DNA from: a virus | Lineage: Duplodnaviria > Caudoviricetes | DNA length: 64,000 nucleotides | Virus record (IMG/VR): IMGVR_UViG_3300032116_000009 | Reading direction: 5' to 3' (one strand) | Shown here: positions 8,327 through 18,949 of the stretch, piece by piece | Numbering within the stretch: position 1 is the stretch's first letter | Layout of the letters: each line of letters starts with the position of its first letter | Made by a program: the position numbers and the translations under genes | The notes under the pieces: generated by a model | Databases searched by the model: none | The model's input: only the letters and a program-made list of their open reading frames with translations | Told to the model about the DNA's origin: nothing

Positions 8327-8905
8327 TTAGTCTTTTTTGGGAGGACACCCTAAGTAGGGTCTACCGTCATAAATGTTTTTTGCATGTGGCCCTTCTGCAT
8401 CGACATAATGTAAGAAAGATTGTAAATACCATCTTTGAGTGAATGGTTCTCTCCAGTGATATAAATCACATCCTCTATAAAGACATAAATCTCCTGGTTT
8501 TAGTAATATCTCTGCAGCATTACTTTTATCTTCATTTTCACTAAAGTAAATTGGAGATATTTCTTCTCCATTGGGAATTGCTAGTGATAGTGTAGCGGAT
8601 ATTTCACATGATGGCCTATCTCTATGAATTATAAGTTCATCATCTTTACCATAAAATCTTGTGTAACTATAGGTTGGTAACAAAATTTTATTTGTTACTT
8701 TAGAAAGATGTTCTTTAGAATTTTCTAATATGGTATCTATCAGAGGGTCACCATAAAATGAACAACTACCTGGAGCTTGATCATCACCATAGGTGACATT
8801 GAATCCAGATTTAATTCTTGTATAAAAATATTGTTCTATAAATTTTAAAAAATCATGATTAAGAAAATTTTCTATAATATAATAACCATTTTTACTAAAA
8901 CTCAT
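8327..8905 (-). CDS. 2OG-Fe(II) oxygenase-like protein
   Basis: HRD (HxD) motif, PGD..LY.G, distal HWR; clearly similar to N-terminal half of 57223..58440. Confidence 0.75.
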   Translation of the reverse strand: MSFSKNGYYIIENFLNHDFLKFIEQYFYTRIKSGFNVTYGDDQAPGSCSFYGDPLIDTILENSKEHLSKVTNKILLPTYSYTRFYGKDDELIIHRDRPSCEISATLSLAIPNGEEISPIYFSENEDKSNAAEILLKPGDLCLYRGCDLYHWREPFTQRWYLQSFLHYVDAEGPHAKNIYDGRPYLGCPPKKD

Positions 8906-8911
8906 TGAAAA

Positions 8912-9583
8912 TTACCTCAATTTGGGACCATGAACCCAACCCACTAGAGTATGTCGAGTTCCTTTAGTTACTGGAGTTACTTCGTGTAAAACATTGGAAG
9001 GAAAGAATACTATTTTACCTATCTTTTTTTCAATCTTTATTGGTTCAGAAGAAATACCAGAATATAATAATAAATCACCTCCCTCATATGTTGAAGGATC
9101 GGATAGTTGAACTACGAAACTCAATTTTCGATCTTCTGGTATATTCCAAAACATTGGATCTACATGTTTGGAATAATGTCCAGTTTCTTCTCCTCTATAT
9201 TCTGTAAATTGTAAAGATTCTATTTTTGTTAAATCAAAATCAAAATATGTCTTGTTGTGATTAATGACATAATCAGTCAATCTTCTATAGATCCAATCTG
9301 TATTGCAGTTCATTGGCATCCAACATATTGAAGATGTTCTTATTTTCTTAATAACAATTTCTTTTTCGTCGGATCCAACAGTTCCATATTGTTTTTTTAG
9401 TTTTTTTGAAATAAAGATAATTGCCCTTATTTCTTCAGGACCAAAGATATTATCTTCTGTTGAATAACTTACAGTCTCTTTAGGATTTAAATACCAATAT
9501 CCACTAGTTGATCCGTTAGATAATACTTGGAATTGATAGATATCATCTAAAGAATTTTTATATGAAAAAAAGTCAGAGATCAT
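8912..9583 (-). CDS. 2OG-Fe(II) oxygenase (PKHD/prolyl-hydroxylase type)
   Basis: HVD, RKLS, YEGGDL, FPS..LHEVTPVTKGTR..LVGW; start moved to ATG 9583 overlapping upstream stop. Confidence 0.88.
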   Translation of the reverse strand: MISDFFSYKNSLDDIYQFQVLSNGSTSGYWYLNPKETVSYSTEDNIFGPEEIRAIIFISKKLKKQYGTVGSDEKEIVIKKIRTSSICWMPMNCNTDWIYRRLTDYVINHNKTYFDFDLTKIESLQFTEYRGEETGHYSKHVDPMFWNIPEDRKLSFVVQLSDPSTYEGGDLLLYSGISSEPIKIEKKIGKIVFFPSNVLHEVTPVTKGTRHTLVGWVHGPKLR

Positions 9584-10130
9584 AATTAATTTTAGATAGC
9601 TCGTGTACTGTCGAACAAGATTCAATTTCTTTAAAAATGTTCATTTCTGATAGTGATAATTCAATATCATGTTGATTTATAAGATCACACAATTCTTTTA
9701 TTTCTTCTGCACGGAATGAATAATAATCGTTTATTATCTTATAAACAAATGTTTTTTCTGGACTTTGATCGGCTTGTAAATTTTTAATATTTAAATCAAA
9801 AATAGTAGTTTTATTAACAGGACACCTTATATTTTTATAAGTAACACCTATTTCCTTTTTTAATTCAAAATGATCGGAAATAATTTGTTTAAAATGATTT
9901 TTATTCAGAGTTAAATTTTCTGGAGATGAACTATAGTCTTCCAATAATTCTGAAGTTATTTTAATCCATCCTAAACCTGGATTCCCACTCCAACTTAAGT
10001 CCTTTAATTCTTCTTCAGAAAAATTGGTTAGGCCAGCTATATTTTTCCAGTATTCTGGGAGTGGTTCTAATTTACTTATTATTTGTTTCGTATTAGTATC
10101 TACTAAAACATAAAAATCATTCTTCGTCAT
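9573..10130 (-). CDS. Hypothetical, possibly tail-fibre assembly associated (DUF4376-like C-terminus)
   Basis: 185-aa ORF in fibre-accessory context; family call tentative. Confidence 0.55.
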   Translation of the reverse strand: MTKNDFYVLVDTNTKQIISKLEPLPEYWKNIAGLTNFSEEELKDLSWSGNPGLGWIKITSELLEDYSSSPENLTLNKNHFKQIISDHFELKKEIGVTYKNIRCPVNKTTIFDLNIKNLQADQSPEKTFVYKIINDYYSFRAEEIKELCDLINQHDIELSLSEMNIFKEIESCSTVHELSKINYDL

Positions 10131-10569
10131 TTACTTCACTTTCTTCTTTTACTTCATCATTTTCATTTACTGGTTCAATTGATTTTATATTTTTCATTTT
10201 CGTTTCCTCTATTTTAAGTCTATCTTCTTCCTTTAGTTGCCAAGCAGCAGCTCCCACCCAAAAAGCACCATTTGGAGTATCGGTGTCCCATCCTCTCCAA
10301 GTGGCAAAATCTTGTCTGGGTCTCATCGCAACTTCTAATCCAGTTGCAGCTGCCAATTGGTTAATTATCTCTACAGCTTCTACAGGTTGGAGTATATACC
10401 AAAGATGAGAATAGTCACCTCTCATACTTATTTCTAAGATTCCACCAGTGGTTGTTCCTACTGAAAATGATCTCGCTCTATTTCTATTTGACTCTAAATT
10501 TGCGAGTTCGTTTTCTTCATAAAGTTGATGGATTTTCTGTCTTGTTTTTGATGTTTTCTTAGGTGCCAT
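10117..10569 (-). CDS. Hypothetical protein
   Basis: 150-aa ORF behind late-type promoter motif. Confidence 0.75.
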   Translation of the reverse strand: MAPKKTSKTRQKIHQLYEENELANLESNRNRARSFSVGTTTGGILEISMRGDYSHLWYILQPVEAVEIINQLAAATGLEVAMRPRQDFATWRGWDTDTPNGAFWVGAAAWQLKEEDRLKIEETKMKNIKSIEPVNENDEVKEESEVNDEE

Positions 10570-10592
10570 AATTAATTTTCAGTAAGTACTTC

Positions 10593-10600
10593 TATTTATT
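10593..10600 (-). promoter_or_regulatory. T4-type late promoter motif
   Basis: AATAAATA, 24 nt upstream of ATG 10569. Confidence 0.5.
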
Positions 10601-11714
10601 GGGAACCCCAAGTGATTGTTATGTATCCACCAGCAGCAACAGAAACTGGATAATTAGTTAGAGGGGTAACTGCAATATCACTTGCAGTAGTTGGATTTGC
10701 TGGACTTCCATCATTACCGGGATTAGAATCTCCTGGATTTCCAAAATCACCATCAAATCCTGCATTACCTGGATTTGAAGCACCTCCTCCACCTCCTCCA
10801 CCGCCAGCAGATTTGATCTGTGGAGCATTTGTTGGTGGGGTTACTGATCCACCTGAACCACCATCGCCGCCACGTTGACCGTCGGCCGCGAAGCCGCCTC
10901 CTCCACCTCCTCCACCAGTCGCAGAACCTGTACCCGTTCTTCCGGGTCCACTGCCTCCAGGATTTCCTGTTCTGGATGAAACTACGGGAAATATGTCTCC
11001 TGCTCCCAATCCACCAGGACCACCGAAACTAGTATTTCCACTAGCCGAAGTAAATGTTCCAGCATTAATACTTCCAGCTCCGCCGCCGCCACCACCAGAA
11101 CCACCGGCTCCACCAGTACCAGCCCCACCATTAGTTCCTGGAGTACCATTATTTCCGGATCCACCAGAACCTCCAGCTCCCCCTGGAAAGGATATTCCAA
11201 AAACAGTACTAGCTCTTCCTGGGTTACCACTAGGACCAAAACCACCAGAACCACCAGAACCTGCAGAAGTAGTAGTGCCTGGATTTCCATTTGTACCGCC
11301 ACCACCAGAAGAACCTGCAGTGGCAGTTGCTGAGGGTCTAGGGGAAGTACCGTAACTTAGTGAAGCTCGTTTTGCTCCTCCAGCACCTCCACCTCCTCCA
11401 GGAAAAGTACCGGGATTTCCTGAGGCACCATCTTGGGTTCTAAAATCTCCTGCGGTTGAACATGCACCACCACCACCTCCGCCACCACCGCAGCGGCCTG
11501 CGTTTCCATCATTACCTACACCAGCATTTCCTCCAGATCCAGCAATTCCTTCACCACCTGGATTTCCAACACCACCTTCACCTTCAACAGAAACTTTTGA
11601 AATTTTCGCAGGTGTTGTCCAGGTAGTTTCAAAATTTGAAGTGTCAGGAGCAATGAAAGTTACACTTCCACCACCTTCCATTGTTGCTCTGAAAATGTCT
11701 CTGGTTATAGGCAT
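10596..11714 (-). CDS. Glycine-rich virion/fibre-associated protein
   Basis: Several G5-G8 runs and Gly-X-Y stretches (GNP-GGE-GIA-GSG-GNA-GVG); second gene downstream of the long fibre gene. Confidence 0.8.
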   Translation of the reverse strand: MPITRDIFRATMEGGGSVTFIAPDTSNFETTWTTPAKISKVSVEGEGGVGNPGGEGIAGSGGNAGVGNDGNAGRCGGGGGGGGACSTAGDFRTQDGASGNPGTFPGGGGGAGGAKRASLSYGTSPRPSATATAGSSGGGGTNGNPGTTTSAGSGGSGGFGPSGNPGRASTVFGISFPGGAGGSGGSGNNGTPGTNGGAGTGGAGGSGGGGGGAGSINAGTFTSASGNTSFGGPGGLGAGDIFPVVSSRTGNPGGSGPGRTGTGSATGGGGGGGGFAADGQRGGDGGSGGSVTPPTNAPQIKSAGGGGGGGGASNPGNAGFDGDFGNPGDSNPGNDGSPANPTTASDIAVTPLTNYPVSVAAGGYITITWGSQ

Positions 11715-11718
11715 CTTT

Positions 11719-12312
11719 TTAATCCAAATAAAACCAACCTGTTATTATATATTTGGATTTATTGCCATGAACAACATTTCCTCGATGTGTATGAGTATAT
11801 GCTGCTGGCCATATAATCATACAATTTTCTTTTGGTTCAATTCTTAGTTTTTGATATAAGAATTCCGTTTCCCCAGCACCATCTATGTCATTTAGATATA
11901 ACGAATAAACCAAACATCTGTCAGCGCCAAGATCGCTTCCCTGTTCACAATGCCAAACATGATAACCTGCACCTGGAACTGTTTTTTGAATTTTTATAGC
12001 AGTACATTTAAGACTTATGCCTTTTAAAATGTCAAATTGGTCAGTGTAACTTTCATAACATTTTTGCAAACCTTCAAAAAAAATATCGACAACTGGGACA
12101 CCATTAAAGGGTTTTAATAAGTGATTTTTTAGGTTTAAAAAAGAATAGACATCTTCTTTTTTTGTTTTTGTCACTCCTTCATTATCTTGACGATTTCCAC
12201 AATGTCCTGCAGTTATTAACTTTTCAAATTCATTAATTACATGATTGCAAAATCCATCGGGATATACTTCTGAGTACATCCCTATAAAATCTAAGTATTT
12301 AATATCCATCAT
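11719..12312 (-). CDS. 2OG-Fe(II) oxygenase
   Basis: WHCE, YLND..GAGETEF, WPAAYTHTHRG, KYIITGW. Confidence 0.88.
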   Translation of the reverse strand: MMDIKYLDFIGMYSEVYPDGFCNHVINEFEKLITAGHCGNRQDNEGVTKTKKEDVYSFLNLKNHLLKPFNGVPVVDIFFEGLQKCYESYTDQFDILKGISLKCTAIKIQKTVPGAGYHVWHCEQGSDLGADRCLVYSLYLNDIDGAGETEFLYQKLRIEPKENCMIIWPAAYTHTHRGNVVHGNKSKYIITGWFYLD

Positions 12313-12321
12313 TTAGATCAA

Positions 12322-15300
12322 TTATGCATAATTATATAGTGCTAAGGCACCATACCAGTTTGCACCTCCATTAGTAGTGAAGAACGTATAAACATCCGAA
12401 CGATTTGCTGATGTGGTTCTTGTTGGAACGGTTGAGTTTGGCCACTTAACACTGGCAGGCCATACAATTGATCTACCTGAAGTACCATCATTTGTTAATA
12501 ATAATGTGAAACTCGTTGCAGAAGCGTTATTAACTCCTAAAGAGAAAGTGAAAGTACAGTTAGCATTTAATGTTGCAGCGAAGAAATTACCATCGGCAAG
12601 ATTTAGTGTTGTAGCACTACCAGTATTTCCAACATTTACGAGTCTTTCTGCATAGTTCTTTAAAATGACCTTATCAACAAGAGCGTTTGTTGTAGCAGTT
12701 ATTCCATTAGAAGATAATACTGCAGTTGAACTAAAGTTTACTGTTCCATCATTGTTTATGATGAAACTAGCAGAATCTGAACTGTTTCTAAACTCATGTC
12801 CATTTGCAGATCCATATAAAGTTTTTCCGTCTGTTGTGAAATAGAATCTATTATCACCATCTTGACTGGTATGCCATACATCATTTGTTCTTCTTAAGAA
12901 TGTTGATTCATCTAAACCATCCAGTAAATCTGCGTTCAGATTAGTTACTTTTGTAGTTGAAGCAACAACTATTGGTGGAGCTCCAGTTGCAACTGTTGAT
13001 TCGTACCTTTGTGCAGTAACAATACCAGTATAGTTTGCTCTATCTCCACTTAATGCTGTAATAACACCTACTGGAGATGATACCAGATCATTAGAAACTA
13101 AACTAGAAGATGCTCTTACACTTGTGAATGTTGCTGCGGTTCCAGTTAGAGATGTGATAACACCACTATTGACTGAAATAGATAGTGGATTTCCACCTAA
13201 ACCACCGCCAATATAATTTGCGGTAATCGCAGTTACAAGTCCTGAATTTATATAAGCAGTTGGAGCTCCAATCCAGTCAGTAGAATTTAAGTTCGTGATG
13301 GTAGCTAAACCAATTGAAGATCTGGTATAAGTTAAACTTGTTCCGGAAAGTGTTGTGGTTACTCCAACATTAACGAAAGCATTTGGTGTTGCAAATGATG
13401 AAGTTGCACGAAGACCACTAAGGAATCCATTTGTACCATTAACATTTGTGAATGTACATGCAAGACCAGTTAGAGATGTAATAACACCCACATATCCGAA
13501 GAAACTGGTTGCAGAAGAAACATTCGTATATAAGTTAGTTACAATACCTGATGTTATGAAAGCATTGTTTCTTACAGTTATTGTATCAATACCGATCTGA
13601 TTTCCTCTTAATTCAAATACAGTTAGAATTCCTGCACTACATACAAGATTTCCTATTTCAACCGTTCCAGCAAAAGTAGATACTCCAGCAAAAACGGAAT
13701 TTAGAGAATTCTCTAGTCTTACTCTTGCAGTTGTAAATGTTGCAGCAGTTCCAGTAACTTCTATGTTTTGGAATTGTGCAATAGATGTAGCATCTGGATG
13801 TCTGATTGTATAAGTTGATGATCCAGTTCCTGCATAGTTAATTTGATTTGTAACAGTAATGTCTTCATAGGTAACAGCTGTGAATGCCTGATTGGATGCA
13901 AACGTAACCGCACCACCCACATAAAGATTCTTAACCTTCAAAGTACCATTAACTTCTGCAGCATCAGTAAAGTTGTATACTCCTTCACTTGATCCTACAC
14001 CAATTTGATCAAATTTTAAGAAGTTTCTATCTTTTTGTTGAGAAATTAATCCCCAACGACGCCAATCTCCATCAGCATAAACATGTCCAATGTATCCAGA
14101 TGGAGTTGGAGTTGCTAGGAGTGAAATATCACCAGGTTTCTTAGGATCTGTAGGAGTTGCAAGTCCAACAGTTATGAGTTTTGGTTGTGATGCGATACCC
14201 TTTACAAATAGATCTCTTGTCTCAAGTCCATCTTCTGAAGCACAAGTAACTTTTTGTCCAAAGTTTACAGGACCATAGAACTGTGATGTTTGGTTATTGT
14301 TTTCACCACCTTCAATAGTAATTCTTTCTTTTACAACTAAATCATCAAAAACTCCACTGAGTTTATTATTAACGTCAGTGTCGGTCTCATCTTCTCCAAA
14401 AAATGTAACAATAGGAGCCTCAATAACAGTTTCTTCTCCTGTTGCACCATTAATTTTAGTTGCACCAGAATAGAACTCTCCTCTATCGTTCATTCCAGTG
14501 TAAACGACAGTACCACCATCTTGTTCTCTTGCTTGTGAGATTAGAACCTCATCCTCACTCAACACACGATTCTGTTTTACAGGTAAACCTGTTGAATAGT
14601 TACCTGGACCATATCCAAGATATTCAAAAGTATGGCCAGATGCACGAAGAATAGAGTGTCTGCGAATTTCCATAGGCAAGACACGGATCTTTCTAACAGA
14701 AGATCCAGAAAGTGCAGATGAAACTGAAGTAGAGAATTGTCCTCTAGATACGGTGATTGAATTTCCTACTGGATCTGAAGTAATTCTTAAAATTTCGGAG
14801 TTGATTAAAATATAATCACCCTTTTTGAATCCATTTGCAGATGTTAGAGATAATGTCGTCGTAGTATTACTAATATTTCCACTTAGAGTTGTAGTAATTC
14901 CTGCATAAATGTATGATCCTCTTCCACCTAAATTCTCCTCACCAGCTCCTAAAGCCCTTGCATTAGCAGAAATTCCATATTTGTGTACGGTCATTCCACT
15001 TGAAGAAGTAGTATGAGAAATTGTGGAAATTCCTGCACTAAAATTAAATGTATTAATGCCAACAGATTCATTTACAAAGAATTTTTCACTGAAGAATGTA
15101 CTTCCTGTTCCAACCAGTTTGAAAGTATTTCCTGGAATGAGTCCATGAGCACTTAAACATGTTACTGTCGCTATACCAGTTTCTTTAGTGTATGATATAG
15201 TGGTTATACCGACCCCATTGGAAACTAATGTGGCTATTGGATATCTGGAGTCTGTTCTTTGTCTGTATGCTGCAGCACTTGAATCTGTTCCTAATCCAGT

Positions 15301-18300
15301 ATTTAAAATTTGAACAGATCTGGAATTTGGTACAGATAAAATTCTAAAAATTCCATTATATGCAGGATTAACAAATCCAGACAGTTCTAAGGTATCACCG
15401 ACGTTATCAAATATTTCTGTTACTTGTACTACGGCAGATGTTGTTGGGGAACCAGCAGGAGAAGCTGATATGGTCATGGTATTTCCAACACCATAAGCAC
15501 AACCACCATTTACTAATGAAATACTAGTAATAGTATTACCTACTGAGATGTTTGCTTTTACGGATGCACCTTCGCCATTTATACTACCATTAACTAAGTC
15601 AGCAGAGTATATTGTACTAGTAACACCAGCACTATTATTATATCCTGCCCCAGGATTAATCAATGATAAAGATTTAATCTGGTTTAAACCATGTTCAACA
15701 TTTGTATATAATGTAATTGTAGTATTACCAACTCCACTTACAGTTGCACCGGTAATTGCATATCCTATTCTATTATTTTCAAGGAAAATGTTTAGAGCTT
15801 CTTTGGTAATTGAGAGTCTCTTATCATTAGTACTAATTTTTCCTAGTGGATCGAGATCTGCAAAACTTGTAGATGGTAGTGGATCTGAATTGAAATTATC
15901 TCTATCTTGTTGTGGATATAAATTTCTTACGTCTTGATTGAACCTTTTCTCACTTAAACCAAATCCAACAGAGGTTTCTGGTCTAATACTTCCACAAATC
16001 GCTGTTAAGTTATAAATTCCATCCTGGCCATCAGAACCTGGAATATGTTTTTTAATTTCTGTACTTCTATAGATGAAAATACTTTCTTTGTATTTTTCTC
16101 TTTGTACTGTAGGTAGAGCTTCAATTTGTTGTTGTGTGGTTCTTTGGTTTGTCTGATTTAAGAACGTTCCTGGACTACTTGTTAATCCAATATAATTAAA
16201 TTCTCTTGGACCTAGAACTTCATTGACTATAAAACTACCATTGTATGGTATTTCATTAGAACCAGTTGTATTATTACTACTTACAACATTGGTTATTTTT
16301 ACTAGGTCCCCAGCAACTAAGTTATGTGGTAACTCTGTTTTGATTGTTGCGGTTCCTGATAGGTATGATGCATCTAGTATTATCTTTGGATTTTTTAGTT
16401 GTGTGGGATCTTCTACGTTTGAACTTACAAACGAAGCACTTCCAATACCAGCTGATTTTGTTTCCTGAAGAATAAATCCATCTGTTGGTGGTCTAGCATT
16501 AAGATATTCTTTTGGAATTACGTAACGTAATCTATAAATTCTTTCATCAATACCTCTATTGTCTACTCTTCTTAAGATGTAACATGCACCTGTAACTTCT
16601 CCAAGAACACTAGTTCCGATTCCTACAATTGCATCGTAAATTTTATTAGTTGAAGTTGTTGGGGAACTTTGTACATACCACTGTCTTTCAGTTGTATCAT
16701 ATTGAATTGGGTGTCCTGCATCTCCTGGATTTTTATCAGAAACAGTACTTAGAATAGTTATTACTCCCCCTCCATTTGAAATTCCAGTAATATTATTTCC
16801 AGAGTTGGCATCATTTAATGTAGATGAGAGTTTAATTTGATTAGATGCTACACCATTAGTTAATGCATAATAAATTTTATTATTTTGTACGTTTGATGGG
16901 AGTTCTCCTGTATCACTATAAATTCTTACTTTTTCTCCATTAAATAACTGGTGATTTGAGGTAAGAGTAATAATATTTGATGAAATACTATTAATACCTG
17001 CTGATCTACCAACGGTATAGATCTTTTCAGCCGATGTACTAATTCCAGAAGGAACTTGCATCAATACTGGAGAAGAGAATGTACTCTGAGCTATACCAAT
17101 AATTGTAGAGAAGTATAACTCTTCTCCTCTTTTTCCACCTACCTTATAACTGTCAATTTGGCTTGGTGGTGGAATATCTGCAGATTTGTAATTTGCAATG
17201 TATAATCTACTTGTTGTTGCAGCAGAGACAATTTTTAGTGCGTCAAGAGGTAACCAAGTAACTGCTGAAGTTCTTGGAGCAGGTTCTCTTGGTGGAATAA
17301 CGTGTGTGATGTATCCTACATCATCTCTGTCAAAAGATTCTCCTCTAAATCCAGAAGACTCTAGGGAAATTGCACCAAAGTTTGAGTTTGAGTTTGTAAT
17401 GGACTGGTCTCCACCAGACTCGGAAACGAAATGTTTTGCATAACCAATAGCAAAAATAGATACGCACTGAATAATGGCATTGTTAGATGCCTTCATGTGT
17501 ACGTTTTCGTAACTAGGCTTATAAATTGCTCTGGAATTTATGTGTAGTGGTTTTTCATTATCAGCTACAGTGGAATTGTCATTATAAATTCCAGTTTCTG
17601 GATCATAAAGTATAAATGCATTATCATCTTTTTGTAGAGAAATTCCAGTAAATTGTGCAGTCAACATGGATTTAAATCCAGTTGCTTTTGATCCATCTGC
17701 ATGAAGACCGTTCATACCATAAACGGATCTCAACGTACATGAGAAGATATATGGAGAAGCCGAAGATGTACTATCAGACTCTACAATTACTGATGAGTTT
17801 ACAAATGTAGCAACATCTGGTAGTGGATCTGTTGGTTGTGATGGAGAAACATAGGTAAATTCAGTATCACTTAATACATCAGCTACGAAGAAAGATCCAT
17901 TATATGACTCTAAGTTCGTAGTAATACCCGCAATTAGCACTGGGGTATCTTTAAACAATCCATGAGACTCTGAAGTTTTAACCGAAATAGTCTTGGTAGC
18001 GACTACACCATCTCCTGCTTTTATGCTTGTAATACCAATAGCATCGGATCTAAGATCTCCAACGATTCTATATTCATCAATAGAAGGTTCAAAATCAGTT
18101 CCAGTAGCTACTGGGAAGTTGGGTAAACCTCTACCAGATGTATCACCAAAGGCATAAGTAATTTTATAATAATACATTTCAAGGTCAGTTAGACCCGTAG
18201 TATTTGAGTCAAGGATTACTTTATTAACACCATCAGCATATTCAAAACAAGTTAACTTATGGTGAGAGAAATTTGGATTTACTTTTGCTGTTGTGGAATC

Positions 18301-18903
18301 CCTATAAGCGACTCTTGAAGGATCAGCATCGAATATGGTAAAAGCAGTGAAGTAACAAGTACCAGTTACTCGGAAAATAGCGGAGTTTGCAATATTATCG
18401 TTATATGGATCTGGTACATATAATGGACGAATTTTAGTTTTACGGAGGTCTAATCCAACGATTGATGTTCCTCTTGGTAAAATAGTACCGCCTTCTACCG
18501 AGTTATATTTGTATAAATCATTATCTTCATCAAAGATATCAAAGTTTGAATTTTCATCAAATTCCGTTAAGGTAGCACCAGAAGTAGTCCACGCACCGTT
18601 TACTAATTTTTTAAATACAGCTGATCCACTTACATTTTGAATAGAATGTCCAGGTCTATTATCAATATAGTGAGTTCCTGGATAAACTAAGATAGTCGTA
18701 GTGTCAATTTTATCGTTATTTCTTCCTTCTCTGTATGAAAATCTTGCCGCTTCAATTAATGCTCTTTGAATTGTTCTGAAGGGTCTGGTTAACGAGTTAC
18801 CTCTATTTTCAAAACTATCTGTAGCATCGAAGTCTGCTGGGTTTACATAAAGAATATTACCTTCAGCATTTTTGAGGAAATTCTCTAATCTACTTAGGGG
18901 CAT
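12322..18903 (-). CDS. Long tail fibre / virion structural protein (2193 aa)
   Basis: Cyanomyovirus-type N-terminus MPLSRLENFL...PFRTIQRAL; Ser/Thr/Gly-rich beta repeats; NLNADLLDG motif; fibre-tip-like C-terminal domain. Confidence 0.85.
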   Translation of the reverse strand: MPLSRLENFLKNAEGNILYVNPADFDATDSFENRGNSLTRPFRTIQRALIEAARFSYREGRNNDKIDTTTILVYPGTHYIDNRPGHSIQNVSGSAVFKKLVNGAWTTSGATLTEFDENSNFDIFDEDNDLYKYNSVEGGTILPRGTSIVGLDLRKTKIRPLYVPDPYNDNIANSAIFRVTGTCYFTAFTIFDADPSRVAYRDSTTAKVNPNFSHHKLTCFEYADGVNKVILDSNTTGLTDLEMYYYKITYAFGDTSGRGLPNFPVATGTDFEPSIDEYRIVGDLRSDAIGITSIKAGDGVVATKTISVKTSESHGLFKDTPVLIAGITTNLESYNGSFFVADVLSDTEFTYVSPSQPTDPLPDVATFVNSSVIVESDSTSSASPYIFSCTLRSVYGMNGLHADGSKATGFKSMLTAQFTGISLQKDDNAFILYDPETGIYNDNSTVADNEKPLHINSRAIYKPSYENVHMKASNNAIIQCVSIFAIGYAKHFVSESGGDQSITNSNSNFGAISLESSGFRGESFDRDDVGYITHVIPPREPAPRTSAVTWLPLDALKIVSAATTSRLYIANYKSADIPPPSQIDSYKVGGKRGEELYFSTIIGIAQSTFSSPVLMQVPSGISTSAEKIYTVGRSAGINSISSNIITLTSNHQLFNGEKVRIYSDTGELPSNVQNNKIYYALTNGVASNQIKLSSTLNDANSGNNITGISNGGGVITILSTVSDKNPGDAGHPIQYDTTERQWYVQSSPTTSTNKIYDAIVGIGTSVLGEVTGACYILRRVDNRGIDERIYRLRYVIPKEYLNARPPTDGFILQETKSAGIGSASFVSSNVEDPTQLKNPKIILDASYLSGTATIKTELPHNLVAGDLVKITNVVSSNNTTGSNEIPYNGSFIVNEVLGPREFNYIGLTSSPGTFLNQTNQRTTQQQIEALPTVQREKYKESIFIYRSTEIKKHIPGSDGQDGIYNLTAICGSIRPETSVGFGLSEKRFNQDVRNLYPQQDRDNFNSDPLPSTSFADLDPLGKISTNDKRLSITKEALNIFLENNRIGYAITGATVSGVGNTTITLYTNVEHGLNQIKSLSLINPGAGYNNSAGVTSTIYSADLVNGSINGEGASVKANISVGNTITSISLVNGGCAYGVGNTMTISASPAGSPTTSAVVQVTEIFDNVGDTLELSGFVNPAYNGIFRILSVPNSRSVQILNTGLGTDSSAAAYRQRTDSRYPIATLVSNGVGITTISYTKETGIATVTCLSAHGLIPGNTFKLVGTGSTFFSEKFFVNESVGINTFNFSAGISTISHTTSSSGMTVHKYGISANARALGAGEENLGGRGSYIYAGITTTLSGNISNTTTTLSLTSANGFKKGDYILINSEILRITSDPVGNSITVSRGQFSTSVSSALSGSSVRKIRVLPMEIRRHSILRASGHTFEYLGYGPGNYSTGLPVKQNRVLSEDEVLISQAREQDGGTVVYTGMNDRGEFYSGATKINGATGEETVIEAPIVTFFGEDETDTDVNNKLSGVFDDLVVKERITIEGGENNNQTSQFYGPVNFGQKVTCASEDGLETRDLFVKGIASQPKLITVGLATPTDPKKPGDISLLATPTPSGYIGHVYADGDWRRWGLISQQKDRNFLKFDQIGVGSSEGVYNFTDAAEVNGTLKVKNLYVGGAVTFASNQAFTAVTYEDITVTNQINYAGTGSSTYTIRHPDATSIAQFQNIEVTGTAATFTTARVRLENSLNSVFAGVSTFAGTVEIGNLVCSAGILTVFELRGNQIGIDTITVRNNAFITSGIVTNLYTNVSSATSFFGYVGVITSLTGLACTFTNVNGTNGFLSGLRATSSFATPNAFVNVGVTTTLSGTSLTYTRSSIGLATITNLNSTDWIGAPTAYINSGLVTAITANYIGGGLGGNPLSISVNSGVITSLTGTAATFTSVRASSSLVSNDLVSSPVGVITALSGDRANYTGIVTAQRYESTVATGAPPIVVASTTKVTNLNADLLDGLDESTFLRRTNDVWHTSQDGDNRFYFTTDGKTLYGSANGHEFRNSSDSASFIINNDGTVNFSSTAVLSSNGITATTNALVDKVILKNYAERLVNVGNTGSATTLNLADGNFFAATLNANCTFTFSLGVNNASATSFTLLLTNDGTSGRSIVWPASVKWPNSTVPTRTTSANRSDVYTFFTTNGGANWYGALALYNYA

Positions 18904-18938
18904 TGCGTTATCCTACAGTGACAAATCTATTCTTTTTA

Positions 18939-18945
18939 TATTTAG
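18939..18945 (-). promoter_or_regulatory. T4-type late promoter motif
   Basis: CTAAATA, 35 nt upstream of fibre ATG. Confidence 0.6.
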
Positions 18946-18949
18946 ACAC

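Noticed and set aside
10993-11355. Pro-rich 120-aa plus-strand ORF
   Set aside because: Mirror of the Gly codons (GGN becomes NCC) of the polyglycine gene
10780-11520. GC-rich patches (polyglycine gene, gp32) as recent horizontal transfer
   Set aside because: Explained by amino-acid composition in the first case and by expression-linked codon choice in a core gene in the second
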